A stretch of DNA of 48,640 nt from Octopus bimaculoides (lineage: Eukaryota). Shown piece by piece: positions 36,441 to 48,494 of this stretch (position 1 is its first letter; each line of letters begins with the position of its first letter). The position numbers and the translations under genes are program-made. The notes under the pieces were generated by a model, which searched no databases, was not told the origin of the DNA, and was given only the letters and a program-made list of their open reading frames with translations. The stretch is taken from the NCBI RefSeq assembly GCF_001194135.2, contig NC_068984.1:125351123-125399762 (forward strand), in the 5' to 3' direction.

Positions 36441-37098
36441 CGATATCGTTCTGGTCCATAACTAAATATGAACAATTCCAATGTCCAACTTTTCTGTAGA
36501 ACAAATGGCCGTCTTCTTTCTTTTGTATATTGAACAAGGAGAATGCTCCAGAAATATCTCCAAATTCGTTAAACTCAATAAAGCCGGACTGACCATCAAA
36601 TTTTGTTTGTTTTATCATTTCAAATATTTCTTTGTTCGAAATAAACCTCTTCAGACAGGAACCGTTGCTGCACAGTAATTTATGTAACGCATGCGCAATA
36701 ACATATACTGCGTCCAATACGAACGGTACTTTCTTCAACATTAGGTAATCGAACAATTCCCCTGATTTTCCACTCGACTGCAAATTACGAAAGCATGCTT
36801 CTTGAAAATTGCGGTGACCTATTTGAGGTATCTCATCATGTATCCAATTCGTTTCGTTTTGTTGAGTAATATTGGAACAAATGTGCTTAATAATGAGATA
36901 TTCTTGAAACCAAGTATCTAACTCTGTGACGTCTTTTAAAGACAGGCTTTCCAAATATGATTGATAATCGGTTGGAGTTTCGGAATAAGGACGCAACCCC
37001 AGAGTGCCTTCAATAATACTGACATCAAGATTCAAAATTCTTTTATTTAATGTCCAACTTTCTGATGCGAAATATGTGATGTCCGAAAAATTGAATTC
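36441..37098 (-). CDS. Class C GPCR exon 6 (VFT)
   Basis: tttcag| acceptor; EFNFSDITYFASESW...KVPFVLDAVYVIAHALHKLLC...FDGQSGFIEFNEFGD...KVGHW; G|gtaaga donor. Confidence 0.93.
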
Positions 37099-37716
37099 CT
37101 GAAATATCTACGTGGAAGAAAAACAAAAAAAAAACAGCATAATCATTATCGGCTTTTATATAAACAAATACTTATCTGTACACTTTAGAGAAAATGGAAA
37201 TTTCAAGCAAATTTTTTCACCAAAGAGTATTTATGCCACAATTAAAACAAACAGAAATAGTATCGTACTAGGAAGTTGTTTAACCATAAAGAGAAAAATG
37301 AATCACATACATTTTAATATGTTCGGGCGTCTAAAGAGTCGAGCTAGCAGAATGGTTAACTTGCTGGGCAAACACTTAGCGGCATTTCGTTCATTGTTTT
37401 TCCCAGTTGGCTTTAAACGCCAGATCGATTCCAGCCTTAATTGAATATATTGGCGAAAAATTCCGACTATGATCAACTTGTTTTATACTTCCCTTGATTG
37501 TCTTCATAATTTTTTAATTAATAGACTTCTTAATCAACTAATCAGCTGGTCGAATCATATAAACTCATTATCTTCAGGCAAGGCACAATAGAAACAAAAC
37601 AAATAAGATTCAAAGAATATCGTTAAGAAAATGACAAACGAAAGAAAAATAATTAGTTATTTTAAAAAAGTGATTCGGAGAGAATAAATTATGAGAATAA
37701 ATCTTTTTAATGTTAC

Positions 37717-37907
37717 CTTTAGCAGACGGTAGACTTCGTGTGGTGACGCAAAGATGATAAAGACCTTGCTCTTTGACACTATAGGATTACTGTTGATATA
37801 TGCCATAATATCTTCAGCAACCTGCGGCGCGGAACTGTAACTGAATGTTTTTTTCATAGCAATTTTGATATCCACTTTAGCAGCCTCATATTCCAGCAAA
37901 GCTAAAC
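37717..37907 (-). CDS. Class C GPCR exon 5 (VFT)
   Basis: ttgtag| acceptor; (G)LALLEYEAAKVDIKIAMKKTF...SKVFIIFASPHEVYRLLK; |gtaaca donor. Confidence 0.9.
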
Positions 37908-37912
37908 CTACA

Positions 37913-37918
<6 letters not shown>

Positions 37919-37995
<77 letters not shown>

Positions 37996-37996
37996 T
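37919..37996. repeat. (TA)n plus (AAT)n microsatellite beside the GPCR exon 5 acceptor
   Basis: Direct reading of the sequence. Confidence 0.95.
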
Positions 37997-38929
37997 TAGG
38001 GATAAAATCCAAAATTACAGGTAAAAACTCAATTAAAATCAATTATTAAAAATTAAAATTAAATTAAGTTTCACACTATAAAATATATATAAATATATAG
38101 TATTAGGGAAAATAACCAAGGTTTATGAACTCATCGATGAAAATTCACTGTCACATATAGAAAAAATTTATAATTAAAAGTACAATAAATAAGTATAATA
38201 TAATATAAAGTAAATATCATAAGACCAATATAATAAAATGACTACACGTGTTTCATAACCAATTTTCAAATAGAAAGAAATTTAAATCGATTAAAACTAT
38301 CGAAAATCAATTCTATTCAAAAATATACCTAATCTTCAGGTCAAAATACAACAATAATAATAAATGAATGTATATATCAACCAACAATAAATAACAAATG
38401 AATGTATATAAAATACTCATTATATAAAGATAGAAAAATATTATTAAAATATCAAAATAATAACCATTCCATAATCAATCCTACATCCATTATAAAATAA
38501 TCTAATAAGTATATTATATATAAAAAACAACTAAACAAACTTTTTCGTTTAAAATACAATTTGAACGAAGTTTAAGGTTAAAATAATAAAGATATTATTA
38601 GTACATATTTAAATGATGCAATATTTAAGCTAGGCTATTTATGATTAAAAACATTTATTTATAAGACGTCTAGTGAAAATATTCCGTATAGTATAGGAAA
38701 TTAACATTAAAAGACTAGGTATTTATCACATAAAACAGTATTAATCGAAAATATTTCAACCTTAATCAAATCGATTTGTCACTTCCATTATAGCATTGAA
38801 ATAATAACTATTAAAATCGAACTGCACTCTTCAAAACTTGCACTAAGAATAAGGACAAGGTAAAATTACTACCTGCTTCTATAGCAAGTTGATGGAGGTA
38901 GTTTATCTCGTCCACCTCCCACTTTTAGT

Positions 38930-38966
38930 TCATGCAATTGAAAAACCGGATTATTCATGGGATGAC

Positions 38967-38972
<6 letters not shown>
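38930..38972 (-). mobile_element. Solo mariner-type terminal inverted repeat remnant
   Basis: The reverse complement tatattgggtcatcccatgaataatccggttttt resembles mariner TIRs and starts in a TA tract; no partner TIR was found. Confidence 0.4.
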
Positions 38973-39006
<34 letters not shown>

Positions 39007-39023
39007 NNNNNNNNNNNNNNNNN

Positions 39024-39158
<135 letters not shown>

Positions 39159-39900
39159 TACATACATACAATGTTAATACGTCAATTACTGTGATATTCG
39201 TCCTGAGATAATATCTCTTATAGAAACACTTCGTTAAAAATACAATAAATATCGAAGGGAGACGAAAAGTCACAGGAGAAGTGACTGCGAGAACAAGCAT
39301 TAATGCAATTGGGCCTCTTTAGGCTTTTTCAACGATGTGTACATGCGACCGTTCGAAAATAAGAATAAGTTACTTTCACCATTCTATATCAACCGAAATC
39401 TATTTCTTTCCATTTTCATTCAGCTGTTATCGATTTATTGCTAGTTGAACCTTCAGCATGATTTTTGCCGGCGTATCTGTACCAGTTGTAGCCTTCACTG
39501 TTCGTGTTGGCCAATTGTGGGATTGACTATGTGATCGGTAATGAGCTAATTAGCTCTCGTTATCTACACCAAGATGGAATTTGAATGCAAAGCATAAAGA
39601 TTCTGCGAGGCATCTCCTCCAACTTCCTGCACAGGTCCTGATAGTTTATTTATCGACACCGAAAATGATAAACGACAAAGCTGACCTGACCTGACCTGAC
39701 CTGACCTCAGTAACCAGAACGAACATTTGTATGGCATTATATCCGTCTTCCATTTAGTTGAATAAATGTGCTGACTTGTTTAATGCTTTTACTCGACATA
39801 AAGTTTTGTCATCAGTGCTGTGATGACGTCATTGCTTTTTGACATTCCTTGACCGCGCCTTTCGGTTCTATTAGCAACTCTAAGATAGGCGTTTCATTTA

Positions 39901-39925
39901 GCCTTCTTCTTCTTCTTCTTCTTCA

Positions 39926-39975
<50 letters not shown>

Positions 39976-40009
39976 CGCTACTGCTACTACCACTACTACT
40001 AATACTACA

Positions 40010-40044
<35 letters not shown>

Positions 40045-40052
40045 ATACTACA

Positions 40053-40094
<42 letters not shown>

Positions 40095-40120
40095 AACCAC
40101 TACTGCTACTACTACTACCC
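39901..40120. repeat. Compound (CTT)n(CTA)n microsatellite
   Basis: Direct reading of the sequence. Confidence 0.93.
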
Positions 40121-40427
40121 CTTCTTCTTCTCGCCCTCTTCCTTCTCCAACTTTTCTCCCCCTCTTCCTCATTTACAGTTTTAGTTCTCCATTCTTATCA
40201 TCGCACGCTACACTTCTTCCTGTTGCTCTGCTCTTCCTTGTCGGATGTCTTCCCTTTCACTCCTCTACACCCTTCTCCCCTTCGCCTTCTGCTCTCCTAC
40301 TTGTACAATTTTCCCCAACTCATCACTCACTCCACAGAATAACACCTCAACAATAAATTACACACATCCACAGCCACCACCATAACCGATAGAATTCAAC
40401 ATCCCTATCAGCACTAATTGTAGAGCT

Positions 40428-40581
40428 ATAGGTGTAAGACTAGAAAACTTGCTTTACAACCACGTGATTTCAGGTTCAGCCTCACTGCAAACTACCTTCA
40501 GCAACTGTACAACTCTAGCCCCGGGGATGATCAGTGCCTTGTGAGTGAATTTGATAGACGAAAACTGTGCGGAAGCTCGTC
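40428..40581 (+). mobile_element. Degenerate CORE-like tRNA-derived SINE
   Basis: tagaaaacttgctttacaaccacgtgatttcaggttcagcc...ccttgtgagtgaatttgatagacgaaaactgtgcggaagctcgtc; homologous to 27210-27380 and 69-180. Confidence 0.55.
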
Positions 40582-41498
40582 TTCTCACTCGCTCACTCTC
40601 TCTCACTTTTTGTCTCCCCCTCTCCGTCTCCCCCTCTCCGTCTCCCCCTCTCCGTCTCCCTCTCTGTATGTATACGTGTGTGTATGTATGTATGTATGTA
40701 TGTATGTATGTTTATATACGTGTGTATATGTGTATGTATGTATGTCCCCCTTCACCGTTACACAACTGGTGCTAGTTTGTTTACGTCCCATAGCGGCTCA
40801 GCAAAAGACGATAAAATAATCTATTTGAAAGCAGAGTCCTCGACTCTGATAGGGTGCACTGCCAATTGATCTAATGTTACTAATTATTTAACTCAACTCA
40901 GCTGATCTAATGTTACTAATTATCTAATTTAAAGTCATCCGGAAATTGGGCCCTAGTTTGGGAGTTACAAAGTTTTGAGGAGTGTGAGACTATTGTTCCG
41001 AGATCTATTCTGACCCAGACTAGCAGAACTTTTCAGGGTTTGAGCTATGGATTACTCAGCATGTTATAGATGAAACTTCAAGCCCTAACCGTCACTGATT
41101 TGTGAAGGCCTTGGGAAAAGTAAACGCTAGGGATGTCAACCACGAGAACAAATCAAGAAATGGAAATTTGAAGGCGCTCCGTTGCTCTCTGCGCTACCCT
41201 GCCGGCAGGGTAAGTGGGACCCTCAAGCCCTGTAAGACAATTCAAATAGGAAAAGGCCTCTCTAATGCAAAACACAATTTGCCGTCTTAGCCCGCTGAAT
41301 CAAACCTGAAAGTCAAAAGAGTGAAATTGGATTGCTTGAACTGATTTTTCAGTTTAAAACACCTAAGCATAGACAGGAAGAAAAGTCCTACAGCGCCAAT
41401 GATTGGTTTACATAATTACTTAAGGGTGTGCGACTGTTCTTAATGATCTTCGGACACGAGGAAATGGCGATCAATTATTTAATTAGTGAACTACTTAC

Positions 41499-41608
41499 CG
41501 AGACGTCCGTAATTGGTGTCACTACCAAGTAAGGATACATATGTCCAGTTCAGATGTAGAAGGACGTCAATCATTGCTTTCACTTGGACCCAGTCGCTAG
41601 GTACTAAC
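41499..41608 (-). CDS. Class C GPCR exon 4 (VFT)
   Basis: ctccag| acceptor; (R)LVPSDWVQVKAMIDVLLHLNWTYVSLLGSDTNYGRL(G); |gtaagt donor. Missed by the ORF track. Confidence 0.93.
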
Positions 41609-42035
41609 CTGGAGAAAGGAAACACATGTATTACCTGTTAGAGGACAATTAATTCAAGGGAGATAACCATTTCTTCATAGTATTTCACAGGATCCGAAGT
41701 TTGAATTTGAAATTAAAGAATAAAGAAGGAATTTCATGGAAGACATATTATTATCATTATTACTACTGCTGATGCTACTACTACTACTACTACTACTACT
41801 ACTTGGGGTCCATGTTTTAAATCGCGTTTAGTCATCCACAGCAATCTTTTTTCTGTCTGTCTTATCTTCAACATCCCTATAAAATTGTCCCATGCATTCT
41901 TTTCTTTACCCACCTATTTTCAGGTTCATACTTATTGGGTGAGTGGCTCAAAATGATGAAAGTTTGGTCTGATCATCTTCAAACATACATAAATATATAC
42001 ATAGATATGCGACTGTGTGTGTTTGCGTGAGTGTA

Positions 42036-42092
<57 letters not shown>

Positions 42093-43049
42093 AGCGATGG
42101 ATTCGAGGGTTTCGTTTATTTAGGAGTTGCTTTCTTAATTTCACTGGCGTATAAATACCATAATGGTGATACTTAAAAACAAAAAAAAATTATCTTATCG
42201 AAATTACAACTTTCCCGATAAGCTTGTGGTTATATTATTTATATCCTACAACGAACTGCAGTACGTTTTATTCACCTGTCATCATTGAAAGACGTTCAAA
42301 ACACTTCTCAAATTCTATGCAATATTTTCTATAAGTATTTCATTTTGTTCCCTTTCTTTTTCATATGAATCGACCCTCGTCTGCGTGTGTATAGATCATG
42401 GTATACCTATGTGTGTAGACACGCGTGGGTATATACATACATACATGTATAAATACATACATAGACATGCGACCCTGTGCGTACAGTGATGGATTCAAAG
42501 GTTTCGTTTATTTATGAGTTGATTTCTTAATTTCACCAGAGTATAAATACCTATAATGGTGAGACTTCAAAAAAATTTTTCAAATTAAAAAAAATCTAAC
42601 TTACAAATCTCCCGATAAGCAAGCTTCGTCAGACACTTACAAAGCTTAATTCATTTCAATTAAAAAGCATAGATAAGCAACGCATTGTAAGTCACACTAT
42701 AATTTGCGACAAAATGTATCTATCTGCACGCAGGGTAATCATCACCACTCCGTTGCCTTTTTTTCATTATTCTTTAAAGTCAATGTTATTGTTTAACCCC
42801 TGGACATCTCTTATAGAGCAAAGCTATGATCAGAGGTATTCCAGCCTTGACCATCGGAATGATGTGTATGTATATCAAGGACTACAGTTTCAAATGTGTT
42901 CTTTTCTGAGATGCTTGGGTGTGAATTGATGGAGATTGAGCTATCATTTCTAGAAAATCGAGTGACAGCGTAAAACTCTTCCCGTTCATTTTTTAGTTTC
43001 AAAAGTAAGGAAAGATTTATCATTCAGCGGTGAACTGACTGAATCGACG

Positions 43050-43160
43050 GAGGGGCGGATAGAATGTCTCGTGGTATTTGCTCTGACAATCATCGAGCCG
43101 AGTTCAAATCACACCAAGGGCAACTTTACCTTTCATCCTTTCAGAATTAATAACAAACAT
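43050..43160 (+). mobile_element. Degenerate SINE fragment of the family at 44773
   Basis: gtggtatttg...gagttcaaatc..cc..ggcaactttacctttcatcctttc. Confidence 0.45.
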
Positions 43161-44569
43161 GTGTCATTCAATGGCGAGGATTTGCCGAAATTTCAAGAAT
43201 TTTGGAATGGATAATTTGTAGTATTTGTTCGGGTTCTTTGTGTTTCGGGTTCAAATTCCGCTTTGGCCTACTTGACTGATAGTGTTAATCGATTGCCCAG
43301 TTTGACAACAGATTGGCATCTTGGATACCTTTAGTGGTATCCACTCTGTTGCAAGCATTAAGGCCAGTTCTTCGGTTTGGGGATACTTTTCTCCCTTGGT
43401 CCTACTAGTCTCAAAGGCCCCGTGAAGGATCATAGCCGCTGCATGCTGTCCTGGCTAAAAAAAAATTTTAATATCAGATACACAGGCTTATCGCTAAACT
43501 GCTAAACACATCTACAGCACTGCAGAACACTACAGTATCAACACACAAAAAGGTCTATCCCTCCATCAGTTCACACACATCAACATTAAATATCTGATGC
43601 ATATAAAACCTCGTAAATAGTGAGGTGGTACTAGATTAACTAATATATCCTCGGCTATTTTACCTCTGTACGGTTGAGATATTTCTACATAATGGAGACT
43701 GTTTTACTGAGATCGGGTTTCCATGTCTGCAATAGACACACAACACAAGCATTTGTGCCGAGAGTTGTTTTTTAAACACTGAAATATTTAAATCGTTTAC
43801 TTTATTTATATCAGAAAAATAAAATCGACAAAGAAAATCCAATGAATTCTGATATTATTTATATTTTGTCTGGCTTTGAAGACAAAATAGACTGGCGCAG
43901 TCTCCTTACTGGTTTCAGTTGTTCCTAGTCACTCAGAAATTATTTTCAACTACAATATTTTATGAGTGTTTCACTTGTTCTGTAGAAAATAATATTTAGT
44001 TGGAATGTGAGGCGAGGTGAGGGAATATTGTATGGTACAGAAAGGAATGGTAAGTTAGAAACAAAGGCAGGTTTAATAAGACATATAGTGGCTTAAGTTA
44101 TGTGTGTTATGGGAAATTATCAGATAAGACGAGAGAGAATTTTTAACGGAGCGAACAAAACACAGAGTCGATGCTGACTCAGGCGTCGTCAGAGAAACGT
44201 GGAATCTTGAATGACGAGTTCGACTGCAGATTACCCCGATGTCCACAACTGCTTTCATAGCAGGTCAATGAATATATTTCGACTAGTTAGAAAAAAAATT
44301 AAATCTACCCCCAAAATAAAACATTGATGTCCAAAACATGAGAAGGTATATTGGATAATATAGCCCTTGATGCAATATATCTCTGGAAAAGGCTTGAGGT
44401 TCATGGCTGGAATGCTTTTTATTGTAGATAAATTTCATTAGTGCTTAGGTCTGTCATGATTCCTAGAACACATAAGGATCGAGCATCCCTTGGTTTCTAT
44501 GACGTATAAGTGGCTGAGTCTACAACCATTATCCCCGCAGAATGGAACGCCGATCCAGGCCAAAGTTAT

Positions 44570-44662
44570 CACTGGAACTCATTTATGGCTGAATGAAATG
44601 GAACAAAGTGAAAAATGGAGGATTTTGCTCAAAAACACATTGAACCGCCCGGTCAGGTATTC
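44570..44662 (-). mobile_element. SINE head fragment
   Basis: The reverse complement gtggtttcgaatacctgaccgggcg...gtgtttttgagcaaaat resembles the B-box region of the SINE at 19447-19495. Confidence 0.42.
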
Positions 44663-44772
44663 GAAACCACCATTTTATTATCAAGTAAACATATGCATAC
44701 ATATATACATGCAAGAATATACACACACATAGATGGACAGACAGATAGATAGACAAGATAGATAGATAAGAC

Positions 44773-44992
44773 GGTAAGCTGGCAGAAACGTTAGCACGCC
44801 GGGCGAAATGCTTAGCGGTATTTCGTCTGCCGTTACGTTCTGAGTTCAAATTCCGTCGATGTTGACTTTGCCTTTCGGGGTCGATAAATTAAGTATCAGT
44901 TACGCACTGAGGTCGATGTAATCAACTTAAGCCCTTTGTCTGTCCTTGTTTGTCCCCTCTATGTTTAGCCCCCTTGTGGGCAATAAAGAAAT

Positions 44993-44993
<1 letters not shown>
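44773..44993 (+). mobile_element. tRNA-derived SINE, near full length
   Basis: Head gctggcagaaacgttagcacgccgggcg...gagttcaaattcc, central gactttgcctttcggggtcgataaattaagta and tail aataaagaaataa followed by (GATA)n. Reverse copies lie at 46367-46617. Confidence 0.75.
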
Positions 44994-45054
<61 letters not shown>

Positions 45055-45067
45055 GATAGACAGGCAG

Positions 45068-45120
<53 letters not shown>

Positions 45121-45149
45121 ATCACACAAAGAGATAGATAAAGGACATT

Positions 45150-45366
45150 CGAGGGGTACTGAAAAGTTCCTGGCTTTGTGTAAAAAAAAATACAGGTGGA
45201 TCAGTTAATTATGATTTTATTCAACGTGTTCCCCTCTCAGATTCGAACACTTATTGCAGTGGTCTTTCAATTTTTCTAATCACTGTAAAAGACCTCGGAA
45301 CGCTGAGCCTCCAAGTAGGCCGTTCGCAATAACCCTTAAAGCCAGGAACTTTTCAGGACCCCCTCG
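45150..45366. mobile_element. Mariner-type MITE (217 bp)
   Basis: TIRs cgaggggtactgaaaagttcctggcttt and aaagccaggaacttttcaggaccccctcg, with TA at the right flank. Confidence 0.8.
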
Positions 45367-45424
45367 TAAATGTTAAAGAAACAGAAAGCAGAATTGGCAG
45401 TAAGTGCTATGTCTCACAACTCAC

Positions 45425-45720
45425 CTGAAGAACGAAGTAAACTCTGTTTTATCACTGAGAACTTGACTCGATGCAGAATAACTAATCTGAGGTAGCAGAA
45501 CTGTGCTAAAGATGGTTGAAGTTACCAACGATTGGTCAGAGTTTGCTGGTCCAACAACGGCAATAACTGACTGTTCTGACATCTTAAACTGCTGGGCGGT
45601 GTCTGCATGGTTGCTGGTGTTCGGCGAAGATTTGTAGGATTTGTCTGGCGTCACTGGATAATATGGGACTCTTCCAGGTCTTGACAGAAAATCAAAGGCG
45701 GCTTCAACTCCTCGGATTAA
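45425..45720 (-). CDS. Class C GPCR exon 3 (VFT)
   Basis: LIRGVEAAFDFL...VIAVVGPANSDQS...LPQISYSASSQVLSDKTEFTSFFR; 296 nt, phase 0 to 2; |gtgagt donor. Confidence 0.93.
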
Positions 45721-46307
45721 CTCCAATAGATGAGATTGAGAAATGTAAAGAAAAGTATATATATNNNNNNNNNNNNNNNNNNNNNNNNNNNNNNNNNNNN
45801 NNNNNNNNNNNNNNNNNNNNNNNNNNNNNNNNNNNNNNNNNNNNNNNNNNNNNNNNNNNNNNNNNNNNNNNNNNNNNNNNNNNNNNNNNNNNNNNNNNNN
45901 NNNNNNNNNNNNNNNNNNNNNNNNNNNNNNNNNNNNNNNNNNNNNNNNNNNNNNNNNNNNNNNNNNNNNNNNNNNNNNNNNNNNNNNNNNNNNNNNNNNN
46001 NNNNNNNNNNNNNNNNNNNNNNNNNNNNNNNNNNNNNNNNNNNNNNNNNNNNNNNNNNNNNNNNNNNNNNNNNNNNNNNNNNNNNNNNNNNNNNNNNNNN
46101 NNNNNNNNNNNNNNNNNNNNNNNNNNNNNNNNNNNNNNNNNNNNNNNNNNNNNNNNNNNNNNNNNNNNNNNNNNNNNNNNNNNNNNNNNNNNNNNNNNNN
46201 NNNNNNNNNNNNNNNNNNNNNNNNNNNNNNNNNNNNNNNNNNNNNNNNNNNNNNNNNNNNNNNNNNNNNNNNNNNNNNNNNNNNNNNNNNNNNNNNNNNN
46301 NNNNNNN

Positions 46308-46339
<32 letters not shown>

Positions 46340-46366
46340 ATGTGTATTTAACGCTGAATGTAATAC

Positions 46367-46617
46367 CGGAAGAAACGCTGTTAAGCATTTTCTGCGCCGT
46401 GCTAACGATTCTGCCAGCTCACCGATTATCACTTGATAATCCTTTCAGATTTAAGCACAAGGACAGAAATTTTAGAGGAAGAGATTAGTCGATTGCATCG
46501 ACTTCAGTATAAGGCTGGTGCATTATTTTATCGATCCTGAAAGAATGAAAGACAAAGTTGACCTCGGCGGGATTCGAACTCAGAACGTAAAGAGTTCAGT
46601 GATTCTGCCAGCTCACT
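46367..46617 (-). mobile_element. Two fragments of the 44773-family SINE
   Basis: Both contain gattctgccagctcac (head, reversed). The second also carries tttatcgatcctgaaagaatgaaagacaaagttgacctcggcgggattcgaactcagaacgtaa. Confidence 0.65.
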
Positions 46618-46902
46618 ACCTTTCTGCTCCTTATAATATACCACAATAACATTCTGAAGTAATGTACCTTTTTCTATTGTAGCAATATTCTACATTGCTG
46701 TTCAATTCTTAATATAACATACACTCTGTATATACGTTACATGATGACTGTTTTACTCTTTCTTATATAGCGATTCTTTGAATTTGCGCACTAATGAGCA
46801 TATTAAAAAAATATATGTGTCCCTTATAATATATTATATCTTCTAATGTTTCACAATATTCAGCACTATCACATCTCTTCAAAGTCAAAATGAAATACTC
46901 AC

Positions 46903-47009
46903 TGTGTTACAGTCATCCCGGATATCGTAACCAATAGTGATGTTAGGGAGCAATGAGCTGTTGGAAATTTTATTGATGATGTACAACATGGCTTCTGCTG
47001 CTGCGAATC
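46903..47009 (-). CDS. Class C GPCR exon 2 (VFT)
   Basis: (G)FAAAEAMLYIINKISNSSLLPNITIGYDIRDDCNT matches the EAM...LLPNITLG..IRDTC motif; aag| acceptor and |gtgagt donor. Confidence 0.92.
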
Positions 47010-47504
47010 CTTCCATATTGCAGTATGAGGTAGCGGGGTAACGAAAAGTAAATAAGATAGATAAATACCAACATTATATCATCAACTGTTCAACATAAAC
47101 AAGAATATCGGATTGAGTCTATTGCACAGACAAGTCATATACGAGCACATACGCGTACATACATACACATACATGATGACACACGCACATACACACTAGT
47201 GCTTGTTTGAGTTTTATTTGCATATTCTGGGGAAAGTGGCCTGTGCAGATCCTTTGAGATTCTTGAATTTGATGTCGTTAAAGTTGCATTATGACTTGGA
47301 ACTGTGTAAAGAGAACAAGGACCACATCAAGATCACAGACATTGGGGAGAAATTGTGGATATTAACTCTTCCAGACTCAGAAAGCAAACAAAATAACCAA
47401 TGTGTGTGTCAAGTGGGAGAGCTAATCAAGGTGGCCGATACACAGGTCTTTTGCGCTAGTAAGCCATTATTTAATTAGTAAATAAAGGTGAGAGTGAGAG
47501 TGTT

Positions 47505-47772
47505 ATGCATACAAAATTTCCCGCAACTGTCATGGTTTTAGGCATTGTCAGAAATGAAGGACATGTGCTGCCTCCTTATTTCTTTCCACAAGGCCTTAGA
47601 GCTAACTTTGCCGCCTACATTGAGGTCCTGGAAATAATTAAGCCCTGGATAGACAGTGTATGCAACGGAAGGCCATATGTGTTTCAGTAAGACTCTGCAC
47701 TGTCACACATGGCTCTAGTAACACAGGAATGGATGGCCGAAAATATTCATGATCACATAGCCTCTAACATTT
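47505..47772 (+). mobile_element. Tc1/mariner-superfamily transposase fragment (maT/DD37D-like), pseudogenised
   Basis: MHTKFPATVMVLGIVRNEGHVLPPYFF...YIEVLEIIKPWI...RPYVFQ*DSALSHMALVTQEWMAEN is the catalytic-domain region around the QDSAP motif, with a premature stop. The subfamily is inferred because the third catalytic residue is not preserved. Confidence 0.72.
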
Positions 47773-47887
47773 TTATTTACTCCAGACTTGTCCTTGAGTC
47801 CATTATTCTAAATGGCAAGGCATAACTTCCTTGAACTTGTCACCCCTTAAACATACCCAAACACACGCACATATATACTTATATACT

Positions 47888-47942
<55 letters not shown>

Positions 47943-47943
47943 T

Positions 47944-47984
<41 letters not shown>

Positions 47985-47985
47985 T

Positions 47986-48027
<42 letters not shown>

Positions 48028-48045
48028 CATACATACATACATACA

Positions 48046-48075
<30 letters not shown>
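47888..48075. repeat. Compound (GATA)n(CATA)n microsatellite in GPCR intron 1
   Basis: Direct reading of the sequence. Confidence 0.95.
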
Positions 48076-48079
<4 letters not shown>

Positions 48080-48283
48080 CAAAGGTAGGTAGATAAGGTA
48101 TGTATACATATATGTGTGTGTATATATATTTGTGTGTGTGTGTGCGTGTGTGTGTGTGTGTACGTACATACGTACATAAGTTTAAATGTATAGATGTAAG
48201 CAGGTATGCATGGCTTAGAGAAATGTTAGGTATCAAAAAATCAAGAATTAAGAAAAAATCATCAAAATAAAATATTTTCTCAC

Positions 48284-48494
48284 CAACGTCGTTGAAGCTG
48301 TAACAGTGGGAGTAGTTTCGGTAAGAAGACTGCGCATGAAGCGAGAATATTCCTCCAATGACATAGTCACCTGGCTTATATAGTGAGTTCGAGGTGAGCC
48401 TGATCTTTGGTGTGATTGTCAGCTCCGGGAGATACTGGGTAGTCGTCGTCATGATGAAGACGGCAAGAGATATAATACCTCTGTAGCTAACCAT
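48284..48494 (-). CDS. Class C GPCR exon 1: signal peptide and start of VFT
   Basis: MVSYRGIISLAVFIMTTT...PGDYVIGGIFSLH...HCYSFNDV; G|gtgaga donor. An in-frame upstream ATG at 48530 is an alternative start. Confidence 0.88.

Noticed and set aside
40867-40923. 21-bp direct repeat tgatctaatgttactaattat, two copies, considered as CRISPR-like
   Set aside because: Only two units with a 15-bp spacer, in a eukaryotic intron with no cas genes; a simple slippage duplication.
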